The notes beneath the pieces were generated by a model. The model saw only the letters and a program-made list of their open reading frames with translations. It made no database searches and was not told the DNA's origin. A program made the position numbers and the translations under genes. 64,000 bases of DNA from Eledone cirrhosa (taxonomy: Eukaryota), in NCBI GenBank assembly GCA_964016885.1, contig OZ024743.1:218674001-218738000 (forward strand), written 5' to 3'. Of the stretch, positions 49,091 to 62,384 are shown one piece after another (the stretch's first letter is position 1; the number at the start of each line of letters is the position of its first letter).

Positions 49091-50214
49091 TAATATATAG
49101 ACAGATAGACAGACACATGGACAAATAACAGAGATAAATAGATAGATAAATGGGTAAATAAATAGAGAGAAAGATCGAATAAATATTAAAGAGAAGATGA
49201 GGAGTATTTACATTCATTCTGGTGGGGTTTTTTGTTTTGTTTTCATTTTTTGGGGGGTGCAGCTGTACACCCATGCACCTGCAGCAATATGATATGTACT
49301 GGAATATGAACTTCTTTTACCACCAACCTACAGATCTCTGTCATCCTCTTCACACCCCTACTACTTCTCTTGCTCTCCTGTCATTCCATTCTTCATTTTT
49401 CTCAATACTTCCTCAACTTCTTGCTCAGCTGATCTGAGGACTGGATTGCTCTCTATATTGCCATCTCATTCATTCTCCACATTCAACAATCCATATATCT
49501 CCCTCTGACCCCACTCTCAATCCATACACCCTCTTCTAATATCAAAATATAAACCAAAAATTCAACACACAGAGTCAGTACATGTGAAATTAAATATGAA
49601 ATCTACCTGGAATCAACCATTGAATATTTTTTTAATCCAACATTACTTCTTTACAATGACGAAGCCTAGATCAGCACCATCATTGTCATTTCAACATCTG
49701 CTTTCCCTGCTAGCAAAGGTTGGACGGGTCTACACAAACCAAGTCAGTATTGAAGTGGAGCCATTGATCTCCCAAACTGGCCAAAGATCTGTGTCTTGCT
49801 TATGTTCCACTGAGTGCACAAGAGTGGGTTGTCATGTCTTTGACACAATTGATGATCCTCCAAACCCTTTGTTTAGCAAGATTTCTATGGCTGGGTGCCC
49901 TTTCTAACACAAACTCTTTTATGGTTAGTGATAAGTCTTGAAATATTAATAGACCAATAATTAATTAAGAAATATGAAAATATCCTCAATGAAAAAGTTT
50001 AAATTTGAACAACTGTCTTTAATATAACATGTTTAAGAAAAAAATGCTGTCTTTTATATACAGAAGAGTGTGTGTGTGTATGCATAGTTTTGTGTGTGTG
50101 TGCTTTTTTTTAAAGAATTGTGGCCATCTAAACTGATATACCAAAAAAGCTTACAGTGATACAGAAAGATCATTTATCCAAGCATGAAAATACCCCTTTA
50201 ACAGAAAAGTCCTT

Positions 50215-50480
50215 CTCACCAGAGGCTCATCAGGCCAGTGCTTAACTTGGTTCCCATGGCATGAAGCAACTGAGAATACAAGACTCCTCCTTGATGCCAG
50301 TCCATCACAGGGTTAAACCCACAGCTATTGCTAGTACTCATTTTCAGCTGAGTATACTGGAGCAACACGAAATGAAATGTTTTGCTCAAGAACACAACAC
50401 ACAACCCAGCACAGGAATCAAACCTACAACATTATGATCATAAGTCCAACACTCTTACCACCAAGTCATGCACCTCCACC
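50215..50480 (-). mobile_element. Older tRNA-derived SINE
   Basis: Reverse complement has a tRNA-like head and a TTCTTGAGCAAAACATTT central domain. Confidence 0.65.
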
Positions 50481-50526
50481 TTTTAACAGAAAACAACAGA
50501 TATAATTTTTTGCCTAAACAACACAA

Positions 50527-51544
50527 ACAGAGGAGTTTAAGACTGGCTGTCCAGGGGAACTTCTCTATGCTGACGATCTGGTTCTTATAGCAGAATCAGT
50601 AGAGCTAGAGAATAAATTCTGGCTATGGAAACAGCAGTTGGAATTAAGAGGACTGAGAGTGAACCTAGCTAAGACGAAAGTGTTGATGAGTAGAAAAGAG
50701 GACAAAACTCTGATTCCGTCAGGGAAATGGCCATGTTCGATATGCAGAAAAGGAACTGGCATAAATTCTATAAAATGCACACAATGCAGAACCTGGGTAC
50801 ACAAGAGATGTAGCGGGATAGCAGGCAAACTAACAGGTAGGGAGAAATATCTATGCAGTAGATGTACAGGGAAATTAGACAGTAGAAGTCACATTGATAG
50901 ACACATTTTTCAAATGCAGGTGGGTTCTATAGAAGTGGTTGATAGCTTCCGGTACCTAGGAGATCAGATTAGCATGGGAGGGGGGGGGGGTGTTCCGAGC
51001 CCATAGTATCTAGAATAAGGACAGATTGGAAGAAGTTTAGGGAGCTGCTTCCTCTGCTGACAAAGAAGGGTTTCTCCCTGCGTACGAAAGGCCGGTTATA
51101 TGATGCCTGTGTGAGCAGCGCGATGCTGCATGGTAGTGAGACATGGGCAGCAACTGCAGAGGATATGCGACGGCTGGAGAGAAATGAGGCAAGCATGTTC
51201 CGTTGGATGTGCAGACAATGTGCGTGAACGACCCAGCATGAATGTGTTGAGAGAGAAACTGTGTCTGAGAGGGATAGAATGTAGTGTGCGAGAGAGGAGA
51301 CTGAGGTGGTATGGACATGTGATGCGCATGGAGGATGACCGATGGGTGAAGAAGTACCAGGAAATGCCAGTTGAAGGAAGACGTGGTAGAGGAAGACCAC
51401 GAAAAACATGGGCGGAGGTGTTGAGAACAGACCTCAGATCGCTGAAGCTCACAGTGGAGATGATGAAGGACCGTGACAAATGGAGAGATGCTGTGCTGAA
51501 TAAAACCCGTCCCACCCTTGCAAGCAGGGAAGAGTGGACGTAAA

Positions 51545-51575
<31 letters not shown>
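50527..51575 (+). mobile_element. RTE LINE 3' part (subfamily of 26657-28097)
   Basis: YADD region, PHD cluster, RRLRWYGHVMR and (GAT)n tail; frameshifts. Confidence 0.9.
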
Positions 51576-51578
<3 letters not shown>

Positions 51579-54494
51579 CAAACTGTTTAAATCAGTGACC
51601 CTATGATAATTGTTAACTGAAAGGGACAGAGACAGATGAGCAGACAGGCATACAGAAGGGAATAAGGGGTGTGCTAAATACCATTTAGTTAATGTGCTGT
51701 CTGAAGCAAAGAAAATATGACCACAGATATTTTGAAATACCTAGTACATCTTGATAAGGAAAAGGTGCCCAGTTATGTTTCTTATTTACTGATTTGGGAA
51801 TTACAGTATTTGGAAAGTATAACTGTTACTAGAGTTGCTGCCATAGAAAGATTTACAAAGATCTGTTCAAGAATCCTTCATCAGTATCAACATCATCATC
51901 ATCATCATCATTCAATATCCCTTTTTCCATGCTGGCATGGGTTTGATGGGTCATCACAGAATAAGTCAGTACATAATCAGGGTTACTGATGAGCCAGAGT
52001 GGTCCACAACTTATATAAGTCTTGACATGGTTTCTATGTCTGGACGCCCTTCTTATCATCAATCACTTTACAGGATGTACTCAGTGCATTTTATCATGAT
52101 ACCAACACTAGGAAGGTTGTCCTCTCAACCCTTTGTTTGGCATAGTTTCTATAGTTGGATGTCCTTCTTAACACCAACCACTTTAGAGGGTGAACTGGGT
52201 GCATTTTATCGTGACACTAGCACCAAGGAGGTTGTTGCGTCTTTACTCTTGTAAAAGAAAGCACAATGGTTAATTCTAATTTCATAAATCATATGAAAGA
52301 AATATTTCACTTTTACTTATTCTAGCAGTGGAAATAATTGAAACCATTTGTCTAAAGTTTATACATAATATTTAGATGAGCAAAAAACCCAATAGTTTTC
52401 TGCCAGGTCATTTCATGTTTCAAACACACAATGTTTTCATGCTAGGGTCTACAACATCAAGAAACATGAATGCAACCTATTATTTCTTTGTTCATGATCT
52501 TAAGACCTACACTGAAAATATCTATGATGCTGAGAAATAGCAGGAATCATAACAATGTTAACATGAATAGTTTCTTTAATCTCTCCTGTTCCACAGAGCA
52601 GGAGCTACAAATACTTAGGTAATATACAAAGGTGATATGAACAAAGATAAAGTGATCAAAGATTAATATTTAGAAGAATTAGATAAATTCAATTGTGGTA
52701 AGGAGTGTAGAATCTAATGATTCAGATCTTTTCTGTTAGTCTGAGAGTGAGGAAGTGGAGAAAAGACTTGGAATGCTTGGATTGTTGGCAAGTAAGTAGG
52801 AAGGTATTGAAGTTAAAGGTATAATGGTGGCATGAGGATGAAAGGTCAACAGAAAAGGATGAGAAAATGTTAGAAATTTAGGGTAAAAGGTGAATAAAAG
52901 GAAAAGCAAATAGATGAAGAAGGAAGGTAGATGGAAAAGCAAAAAGAAAAAGACTAAGATTTCAATTCAAAGAGAAAGGAGGAAATTGGAATGAAATGGA
53001 GCTGCAGACATAGAAAATACTTTTCAATTGTGAAAACACTCATAATATATTTATTTATTTATTGATAAATATATTTCTTAATAATATATGTTTTATTTAG
53101 AACAAATGATATAGTTAACCAGTTGTAGTAGTAATAGTTGTTGTCATGAATCACAACTGTATAAGTTTAGCCAGCCCCAAAGGAAGTCCACTTGATACTT
53201 TAGTGGCTCAGTCCAACTATAGTGAAAGAAATTATATAAAAACGTGGCTTCGGCCTGTCGGCTGGAACATGTAATAGAGTAACAGAGTAATAAACCAATA
53301 CACATACAGCTGTATCAGAAAACAATATGTCTAAATACACATACAATTGCATAGATGCATAAAAGTATTGCATAGTGAAGGCACATGGCTAAGTGGTTAG
53401 AGAATTAGATTTGCAATATGTATGAGACAGCCTAGTCTTGGAAATGAAATGATATACTAGAAATGAAGACAGGAATGTCAGTTGAATGGTTAAAGATTCA
53501 CCATAGCAATCCATAGCGGTTAAAAATGTTTGATGCTTAACCATCATGGTTAAATATAAAACATGTAAACAATCTGAAAGTGAGTGAAACAAAAACAAAC
53601 TACTTTAAAGTCTAGGAGTATCTCAATACTATTATATAAACAGTGACGGCATGTAGCTTAGTGGTTAGAGAATTAGATTCACAATTATGAAGTTGTGAGG
53701 TCGCTTTCTGGATGGGGTAAATATGTTATGTCCTTGAGCAAGACACTTTATTTTATGTTGCTCCTTCTGCAACCGGTAGCTAGTATCAGCAATGGAAAGA
53801 CCAATGGAAACAGTGTTTCCTTGGTTCGATTTGATGAGGTCCACCTCACTCAGTAAGCGAATGAGGCCTGGGATCTTATCGATCGTTTGTACCAGAAAAT
53901 GTTAAATAGATATGCAAGTCAAAGCTTCCCTTTTACAAGACAATATTCTTCAAGACATTTGCAATACCAGTACTGGTACCAACATTTGGAATACTTGGAA
54001 GGATTATAGAGGAAATTTTTTCCATATATAATAAAGCACTGCCAAAACTTAACATCAACTGGAAGCTTCCATGGAAAACAATGACATCATCAATAAGTTG
54101 AATATCAAGACAAGAAAATGAAATGGTCTAAAATAAGTTCAATGTGTCACATGAAAAGATTTATAGCTTATAATAAGTTAGCAGTTTTTCAGAAAATCAA
54201 TTATAATTGTTGAGTGTCTGGGCATAATATTACAGAAATATCAAGATCATATACAATTTATGTAATGTTTAGAATTTACAAAAGAAACAAATCAATAAAA
54301 AAAAATGTCAGAAAGAAGAAAAAAAAAGATGTAGATTCAATTACACAGCACAATAGGGAATATTAAGACAAGGCAAGACATGGTATAACTGTGGATGATA
54401 GCAAGGCTAACACACGGGAATAGCCGGACACACTAACAAACATTATCTGATATCTCAGTTAGACCAGCTGCCAATAATGACAAAATATTGTTGG

Positions 54495-55256
54495 TCAGTG
54501 GCCCAGTTCCCTAAACATCTCAAGTACCACAAGCTGAAGTCAATGGGCCAGTTCTCCACAAACATACCAAATGCCACAAGCTGAAGTCAGTGGGCCAATT
54601 TGCCTCAGTAGCTCAAATACCACAGGCTAAAGTCAGTGGGCCAATTTGCCTCAGTAGCTCAAATACCACAGGCTAAAGTCAGTGGTCCAGTTTGCCTCAA
54701 CAGCTCAAATACCACAGGCTAAAGTCAGTAGTCCAGTTTGCCTCAACAGCTCAAATACCACAGGCTAAAGTCAGTAGTCCAGTTTGCTTCAACAGCTCAA
54801 ATACCACAGGCTAAAGTCAGTGGTCCAGTTTGCCTCAACAGCTCAAATACCACAGGCTAAAGTCAGTGGTCCAGTTTGCCTCAACAGCTCAAATACCACA
54901 GGCTAAAGTCAGTAGTCCAGTTTGCCTCAACAGCTCAAATACCACAGGCTAAAGTCAGTGGTCCAGTTTGCCTCAACAGCTCAAATACCACAGGCTAAAG
55001 TCAGTGGTCCAGTTTGCCTCAACAGCTCAAATACCACAGGCTAAAGTCAGTGGTCCAGTTTGCCTCAACAGCTCAAATACCACAGGCTAAAGTCAGTGGT
55101 CCAGTTTGCCTCAACAGCTCAAATACCACAGGCTAAAGTCAGTGGTCCAGTTTGCCTCAACAGCTCAAATACCACAGGCTAAAGTCAGTGGTCCAGTTTG
55201 CCTCAACAGCTCAAAAACCACAGCTAAAGTCAGTGGTCCAGTTGCCTAAACAGCTC
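54495..55256. repeat. 46-bp minisatellite, ~16 copies
   Basis: Unit ACCACAGGCTAAAGTCAGTGGTCCAGTTTGCCTCAACAGCTCAAAT. Confidence 0.95.
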
Positions 55257-56153
55257 TGAGAAAATATTTCCAAAATATAGTACATTTATATATCCCAGCA
55301 TAATAAATATTAGTGGAGCATTCTCATCAAAACTGCTGCTAATTGCAAACACAGTTGTTTAAAGTCGAAAACAAAAACTATGCACTGCTAAAAGAAGTCA
55401 GCTACCCAAAGGATTTGAATATTTCATTCAACATCAGTGAAAAACAGAACACTTTTATTCAATTGCTTCAAAACCTACACCTTATCTACCCATTTGTTGT
55501 ATGTGAAGCCATAATTATTGGTATGCATTCATATGTTACAAAGCGTTTCAGTAGAGAAACACTAAGGTTTTCAATCAAAGAAAGAGATTAACTAACTCAA
55601 ATTCAATTTGTTTGTAGTACAGTAAAAATATGCAAGACTTCAGGAAGTAACTCTAAACTTTTGTTTTTATCTAAATTCTAATACTGTTTTCTGCTTTAGG
55701 CACTCGGCCGACAATTTTGGAGGAGGCAAATGGGAATTAAATCAACCTCAGTGCATTACTGGTATTTTATCGATTCCGTAAGGATGAAAGGCTAAGCTAA
55801 CCTTGGTGGGATTTGAACTCAGAATATAAAGGAAGTAACTCTATGTCACGGAGCATGGTGTCCAATGCTCTACCGTAGCTGCCAACCCACTGCCCTTATC
55901 TAATTTGTAATAATGGAACTTAGTTTCTTAGGAAACTACCAGCCTAACATTCTTCAGAGAAAGAATTCAAATATTTAACTAAGAACAATTCACACAGATA
56001 CAATTGTGTTTACTGGAAAATTGAATGTCTCAGTGATTAGTTTCATTTGATGAAGCAGGTGTGGGCTGGCAAAAGGCTTCATGGCAGGCCCCACACCAGA
56101 TGGTTGGATGTGATTAAGGAAGATCTCCAGAGGCTTGACATCACCTTGGCTAT

Positions 56154-56192
<39 letters not shown>

Positions 56193-56195
<3 letters not shown>

Positions 56196-56376
56196 GTAAA
56201 ATTCTGTTATAACGAATACCATTATAATGATTTTTCCAGTATAACGAAATTTTTTTCAATCCCCAAGGTAATAACAAACAAACGCTCAATTTGTTTCAGT
56301 CGATCTCGTTATAAAGAATTTTTCGTTACAACAATTTTTTTTTATTCTCTGTGAATTTCCTTATAACAGAATTTCA

Positions 56377-56379
<3 letters not shown>
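56193..56379. mobile_element. Tigger-like MITE in a TA tract
   Basis: CAGGTAAAATTCTGTTATAA ... TTATAACAGAATTTCACTG|TA termini with internal TTATAAC repeats. Confidence 0.7.
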
Positions 56380-56411
<32 letters not shown>

Positions 56412-59400
56412 TACTCATACACATACATAAATACATGCATACACAGAACAATTAGAAACAGAAAAAAAATGGAAGCAGAGAGAGAAAGAGAGAGATTAAA
56501 GAAAGTAACTAAAAAAAGAGAAAACTTCCCTTGTATCTCTTAACAAAACAGTTTCTGTGAGGCAAAAGCTATATGGCTCCTTCCACTCCCCATCACCACC
56601 ATCACACACACATTCAAAATATGTCACAATAAATCTTCTGAGGAAGACTAATAGTTTGAAAATGTTGAAAAGTATTTCTCAAAGCTGTCAAACCTCTCAT
56701 TTATTTCCATTCCATTGGCAGGTATCTCATACTGCTGCTTTCTCTCACTTTCGCTTTAAGCTGGGGGGGGGGGGGGGGGGTTATATCCTTTTGGGTTTTG
56801 TTTTATTTTATTTTTATACAGAGTAGTTTTTTTTTTCTTTTTTGTTATGCATATTTATTTTCGATGATGATGGTGTTGTTGCTGTTGTTGTTGTTGGTGG
56901 TGGTTATATATTTTATATTGGTAGATATTGTGAACAATAGCTTTGTTGGGTTGTTGGTAACTGTTTTCCAACAAGCAAATTACTGGTTTACTTATATTTA
57001 TGATGTTGGGTGGGGAATAACTAGGGAGGGTCTGTGCAACTTGGGTGAAACAAACATCAGAAATACAAAGGTATTTTTTGTTTGAATGCACCAGTTTATT
57101 GGGTTTCTTCACTGATATACATCAACAAAACGTTCACATACCAATCAGTTCTGTATGAGCAAGACACAGTTATCTGATCTGGCTTGCCTCATAATGGGCA
57201 AACTTGTTTAACACGTGCTAGTATGGAAAAATGGACATTAAACAATGATCATCATCCTGATGACAATGTAATATACCTCTGAAGGAGACAAATCTCTAAT
57301 CTATGACGCTACATACTGTTCTCTGCCTTATGCCTTGTTGTTTCTGCCACAAAACCCAGGCACACCTGCCCATAATGCAGAGGAAAGGAAGATAGACAGG
57401 ACTTGACTGACTGTTTCTTTTTTGTGCTGGTCATCATTGAGATCTCTGGACCCCTTGGTCCCTGAACTGCCATTTTTCTCTGCAAAAACAGATGTGGATC
57501 CCACCTGAGGAAAGAACCCAGTGTGATAGAGTGGCTGATGCAGTGGTTATCACTATCTGTTTTCTGTGGCAATGCCTTCACCTTTTGTCTGCAGGAGATA
57601 TAAAACCAAAACTGAGATGAAGTGCCTGCTGCTCCCTCCCCCTTTTCCCTTACTTTCATTGTTTAATTTAAACATTTTTTCTTTTTTAATATGCTAACAT
57701 TCATAAATTGTAAATTTATTTCTTTTATTTTTAAACCAAAGTTCATCAATATACATTCATGATGTATAAAGCACCCAGTCCACACTATAAAGAGGTCATT
57801 TTGGTGCCACGATAAAAGGCACCCAGTCCACACTTCTAATGTGGTTGGTGTTAGGAAGGGCATCCAGCTGTAGAAACTAAGCCAGAAACAGTTCTGTTTG
57901 AGCAAGACACGACCATCTGATCTGACTTGTCTCACAACAGGACAACTCGTCTAGCCGATGCTAGCATGGAAAATGGACATTACTTGGTGATGGTGGTAAT
58001 GACGATGATGAGCATCGACACAGCTTCCATCTACTAATTTTGCTTACTATAATAATAATAATAATAATAATGAAATTATTGTGTAAAGTGCTCAGGTGCA
58101 CTACAACTCGTCAATATAGTACATAGAATAATTGTTTCTACTTTTGGCACAAGGCCAGCAATTACCCAGTGCATTACTGGTACTTTATTTTATCGACCCC
58201 GTAAGGATGAAAGGCAAAGTCAACCTCGGCGGGATTTGAACTCAGATCGTAAAGGGACGTAACTATGCTGGAAAGCATGGCGTCCGACCCTCTACCGATA
58301 CTGCCAAACGACCGCCCTATTATATAGTACATAGAATAATACACAAATGTCAGGGAAGTACATATATTCATCAACCAAAGGCTATAAGTGGGAAATATTA
58401 GTCTAAGATGCCATGCAGAGGAGTGGAACCTAAAACTGAGTAGTTATGAAGTTCAGCCATTCCTGTACATCATCATCATCACCATTTTTAAGTCCGTTTT
58501 TCCACGCTTACATAGATTGATGGATCCTTTTCAGCACAGCATCCCTCCACTCGCTGTGTTCCTTTGTCATCTCCTCTCTGAGTCTCATCAATTTGAGATT
58601 AGCTTCTACCACCTCTGCCCAGGTCTTCCATGGTTTACCTCTACTGTGTAGTTATGAAGTGAACTACAAAACTACACAGCCATTCCTGTTTTATTTTATT
58701 TGACACTACTATTCAACATACTACCTTATCTTTTACTAGCAGTGCCATTCAATATTGCTCCATGGCTGGATGTGGAGAAATTTTGTTTCTCTTAAATGAC
58801 CTAACCTATAACAAGTTTTTATGGAGTAATTTACACACACACACACACACACACATACACACTAACAGTCACAGTAACACACACACAAATACACATACTC
58901 TGGTTTGAGAAGAAATACAAGTGTTAGCTGAAAAGTTCATAGGCATACTACAATGAAGGGTTAGGCGGACCTTCAGCTGTGTGAAGGACATGACAACCTC
59001 CCTGGTGTTGGCAATTTACACAATAAATGCACCCAGTACATGCTGTAATGAGGTTTATCATAGGAAGGACATATTGCCAAAGAAAGAGTTGGGAGGGCCC
59101 TAAGTTTCTGTCAAAGGCATGACAACCTCTCCTGAGCACTTGATGGAATGTAAGACAACACATAAGCGAGACACAGATCCCTGGCCTGCCTGGGAGATCA
59201 GTGGCTTCACTTCAGTACTGACTTTGTCTGTATGGACCCATCCAACCATTGCGAGCAGGCAAAACAGACATTAAAACACCGATGAGGATGATATATATAT
59301 ATATATATATATAACTCTAGACCTTATAGTGATTTTATAATGAAGATGAATAATTCATGCTTTGAGTGGAATTTTGCTAGGTGCCCCTAAAATTGTCCCC

Positions 59401-60129
59401 ACTTTTCAAGGATTTGAACTTACGATGAACAGAGCCAGCACAGCTGGTGCAAGGGCTCATTTCTAACACTTTCACAATTCCACCAAACCACTGCTTCTTG
59501 GACTGGTACTTATTAGCGACGCCAAAAGAATGAAAAGCAAAGTTGACCGTGTCAAGATTTGAACTCAGAGAACAGAATGGTAGAACAAAAAGAGTGCCAG
59601 TTAATCTGATACTCTAATGCTATCATCATCATCATTACCATTTAACATATATTTTTCTATGCTAGCATGGGTTAGACAAGTTGTCCCGTTATGAGACAAG
59701 CCTGATCAGGTGACCGTGTCTTGTCAATACAGAACTGCTTCTGCTTAGTTTTTACAGCTGGATGCCCTTCCTAAAGCCAACCACATTTACAGTGTGGACT
59801 GGGTGCTTTTTATTGTGGCACCAAACCGACCACTTTAGTGTGGACTGGACGTTTTTTATTGTATCCCCAACACAACCATTTTTCAGTGTGGGCTGGGTGC
59901 TTTTTGATGTGACACCAAAACGACGACTTTACAGTGTGGACTGGGCGTTTTTGTCATGTCACAAACATGACTACTTTACAGTGTGGACTGGGGTGAGGGA
60001 GGTGTGTGAGGATTGGAGAGGTAGATCTACCTAATATATATTTACATGTATATTGCTGTGATAATGATGATGATGAAAACACACACACATTTGAAGAACC
60101 TCAGAAAGATAAAAGTATCAATCACATGA

Positions 60130-60400
60130 AATGAAGATACCAATGTATTCCTTTTGTGCACCTTTAATCTTTACATCATCAAATAGTTAGTGAGCAATAT
60201 TCTCTCAGAAATGCAGTGGCATTATTGGAGACAAGCAGAGATTCTGCTTGACTTCATCAACATCTTCCTAGAACAACTGATCCTTTACAAAGCTAGAAGC
60301 AACAGTACACTAGATTTCTGCTTCGTCAATAATGGAGAGAATTCATCCATAATGTTAAGATAACATCTACAAGCTTCTCTCAACATAAAGTAGTATAATA
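60130..60400 (+). mobile_element. Ancient CR1-type APE endonuclease remnant
   Basis: Manual translation LLDFINIFLEQLILYKARSNSTLDFCFVNN resembles the CR1 EN motif LEQ.V..PTR....LDL.F.N. Confidence 0.5.
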
Positions 60401-60662
60401 ATGAATGCTCAAAAAGTTGTTGCAGCTCTGCACGTCACATGAAGCTCTCCCTTTCTATTCAGCCTAAAATTCCATAAGGCTCAAATGGAAATATATTACT
60501 CGATTTTTACAAGCAGAAATGAACCGAATTCTTTTTATAGACACTACATTTTTTTATACCAGACACATCAAAGTTTTTGCTTTAATTTTTCAATGCTTGC
60601 ATGGATTGGGCTGAAAAGGACCCATCCAACCCATGCAAGCATGGAAAAACAGCAGTAAAAAA

Positions 60663-60696
<34 letters not shown>

Positions 60697-60971
60697 CGTT
60701 GTCATTGTCATAGTGGTGGTGACTGACATGAAAATGAAGCATTTTGTGTCAGCATTGCAAGCTATACTCATAAAATAAGGTTCATAGATAGAAAAATTCT
60801 CATGTGACAAAACACAAAGTTTGCAATGAATTATTTGGACAAACTACTGACAGTGAAGAAAAACCCATTTAAGAATGTCCTTCATACAAATATGAGAATG
60901 AAATAAAATACTCCCAGATTTCTCATAAATTCATTATAGATGTTTTCTTTTTTCTTTTAGCCTTCACATTA

Positions 60972-61157
60972 TACGAGGGTCGCCTGACTATGAAGGAGTG
61001 ATGTTAGAACTGAGAAATCTTGCATGCATTAATTTCAACTCTTCTTATTAATAACTGCATTGTTTCTTTCTAATGACTATGTTGAAAAATAAACCTCATT
61101 TGGTCATTCCATGAGAGTATCTTGGTCAGTCTATGAACTTTTCAGCCAACCTTCATA
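60972..61157. mobile_element. mariner-derived MITE
   Basis: TACGAGGGTCGCCTGA ... TCAGCCAACCTTCATA termini. Confidence 0.6.
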
Positions 61158-62384
61158 TTAATGTTAATGTGTGCTGAACAACAGATTTCTACCACTGTAA
61201 ACAGTTCCTTTTTACTGTCTCAAGTCATTATATCTGGCCTGTAGTGCTAATATCTTACAGAGGTTTCAACAAGATCATTTCACTAGTATTTCATATTATG
61301 GGTGAGTATACCCTCTACATCACTATAACTTCATATATGTCAATCTTTTGAACTATACTTTCTACAAAATACAGTACATAATAATTGTTTCTACTTTTGG
61401 CACAAGGTCAGCAATTATCCCAGTGCATTGCTGGTACTTCATTTTATCAACCACGTAAGGATGAAAGGCAAAGTAAAAGCTCAGTGGGATTTGAACTCAG
61501 GACGTAAAGGGCCATAACTCTATTCTGCAAAGCATGGTGTCTGATGCTCTACCAATATTGCCAAAAAAAAGACCAATAAATTTCAAAAAGCCAGTACAAT
61601 GCGGTAGAAATATATAAAGGGCAAATGACAAATAAAACAAAACAAAGTAATGTTTTACCCAGTATATTTCAATATTATATTTTTCTACCACATTATCCCA
61701 GCTTTTTGAAACTTATCAGTCTTTTATTAATAACAAGATTAGTTTTGCTCTAACATAGCAGGGACATAAATGCATATTATTATTAATTGATATAAAACTC
61801 ACGAATGCACAGTCTTTTTTTACATATTTTACAAAGCTTTGTATCAACTATACCACATATACATAGTGCTTTAGTCAATAGAGTAAGTCTCAAAGTTAGT
61901 ACTATAAGGACCTTCTTAAATATTAAATATTCTGTGTCTATTTTGTTATCTCTATTATTGCTCTGGAGCCCAATTTTTGGTTCCTTGTTATATTTATTAT
62001 CCTTAATTGTTAGATCAGCAAGTTTCTGGATGCTACTTTACCTTTCTATACTATCTGCTGGGACCATAAGACAGCACACACTTAGGGTTTTTCACATCAG
62101 ACAGGCAGAACGGACAAATAGGAGCCATGACAACCTTTCATCAAGTGGTTCATACTGCTACTGTTGGTCATTACCTACACACATACAGACATACACAAGC
62201 TAAGTTTTCTACACAGAACGTGTACCTTTTCAAATTGTTTGGTTAGGTTAGGGAAAGAAGTGCATTTCGGCATCTTTTACAAGTACCAATGAAAACTTTT
62301 GGGAAAGGCAGCTATAAGAGTGGGCAGAGAGGGGTAGGATGAAGGTAGTAGGAAATAAGGTTACATATGGATGAGAGAAGGCAT

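Noticed and set aside
53389-53598. ORF containing MVKHQT, similar to the KIF6 N-terminus
   Set aside because: Similarity ends after a few residues; likely chance.
54495-55256. Regular repeat array as CRISPR or coding repeat
   Set aside because: No unique spacers, eukaryotic context, and the 46-bp unit is not a multiple of three.
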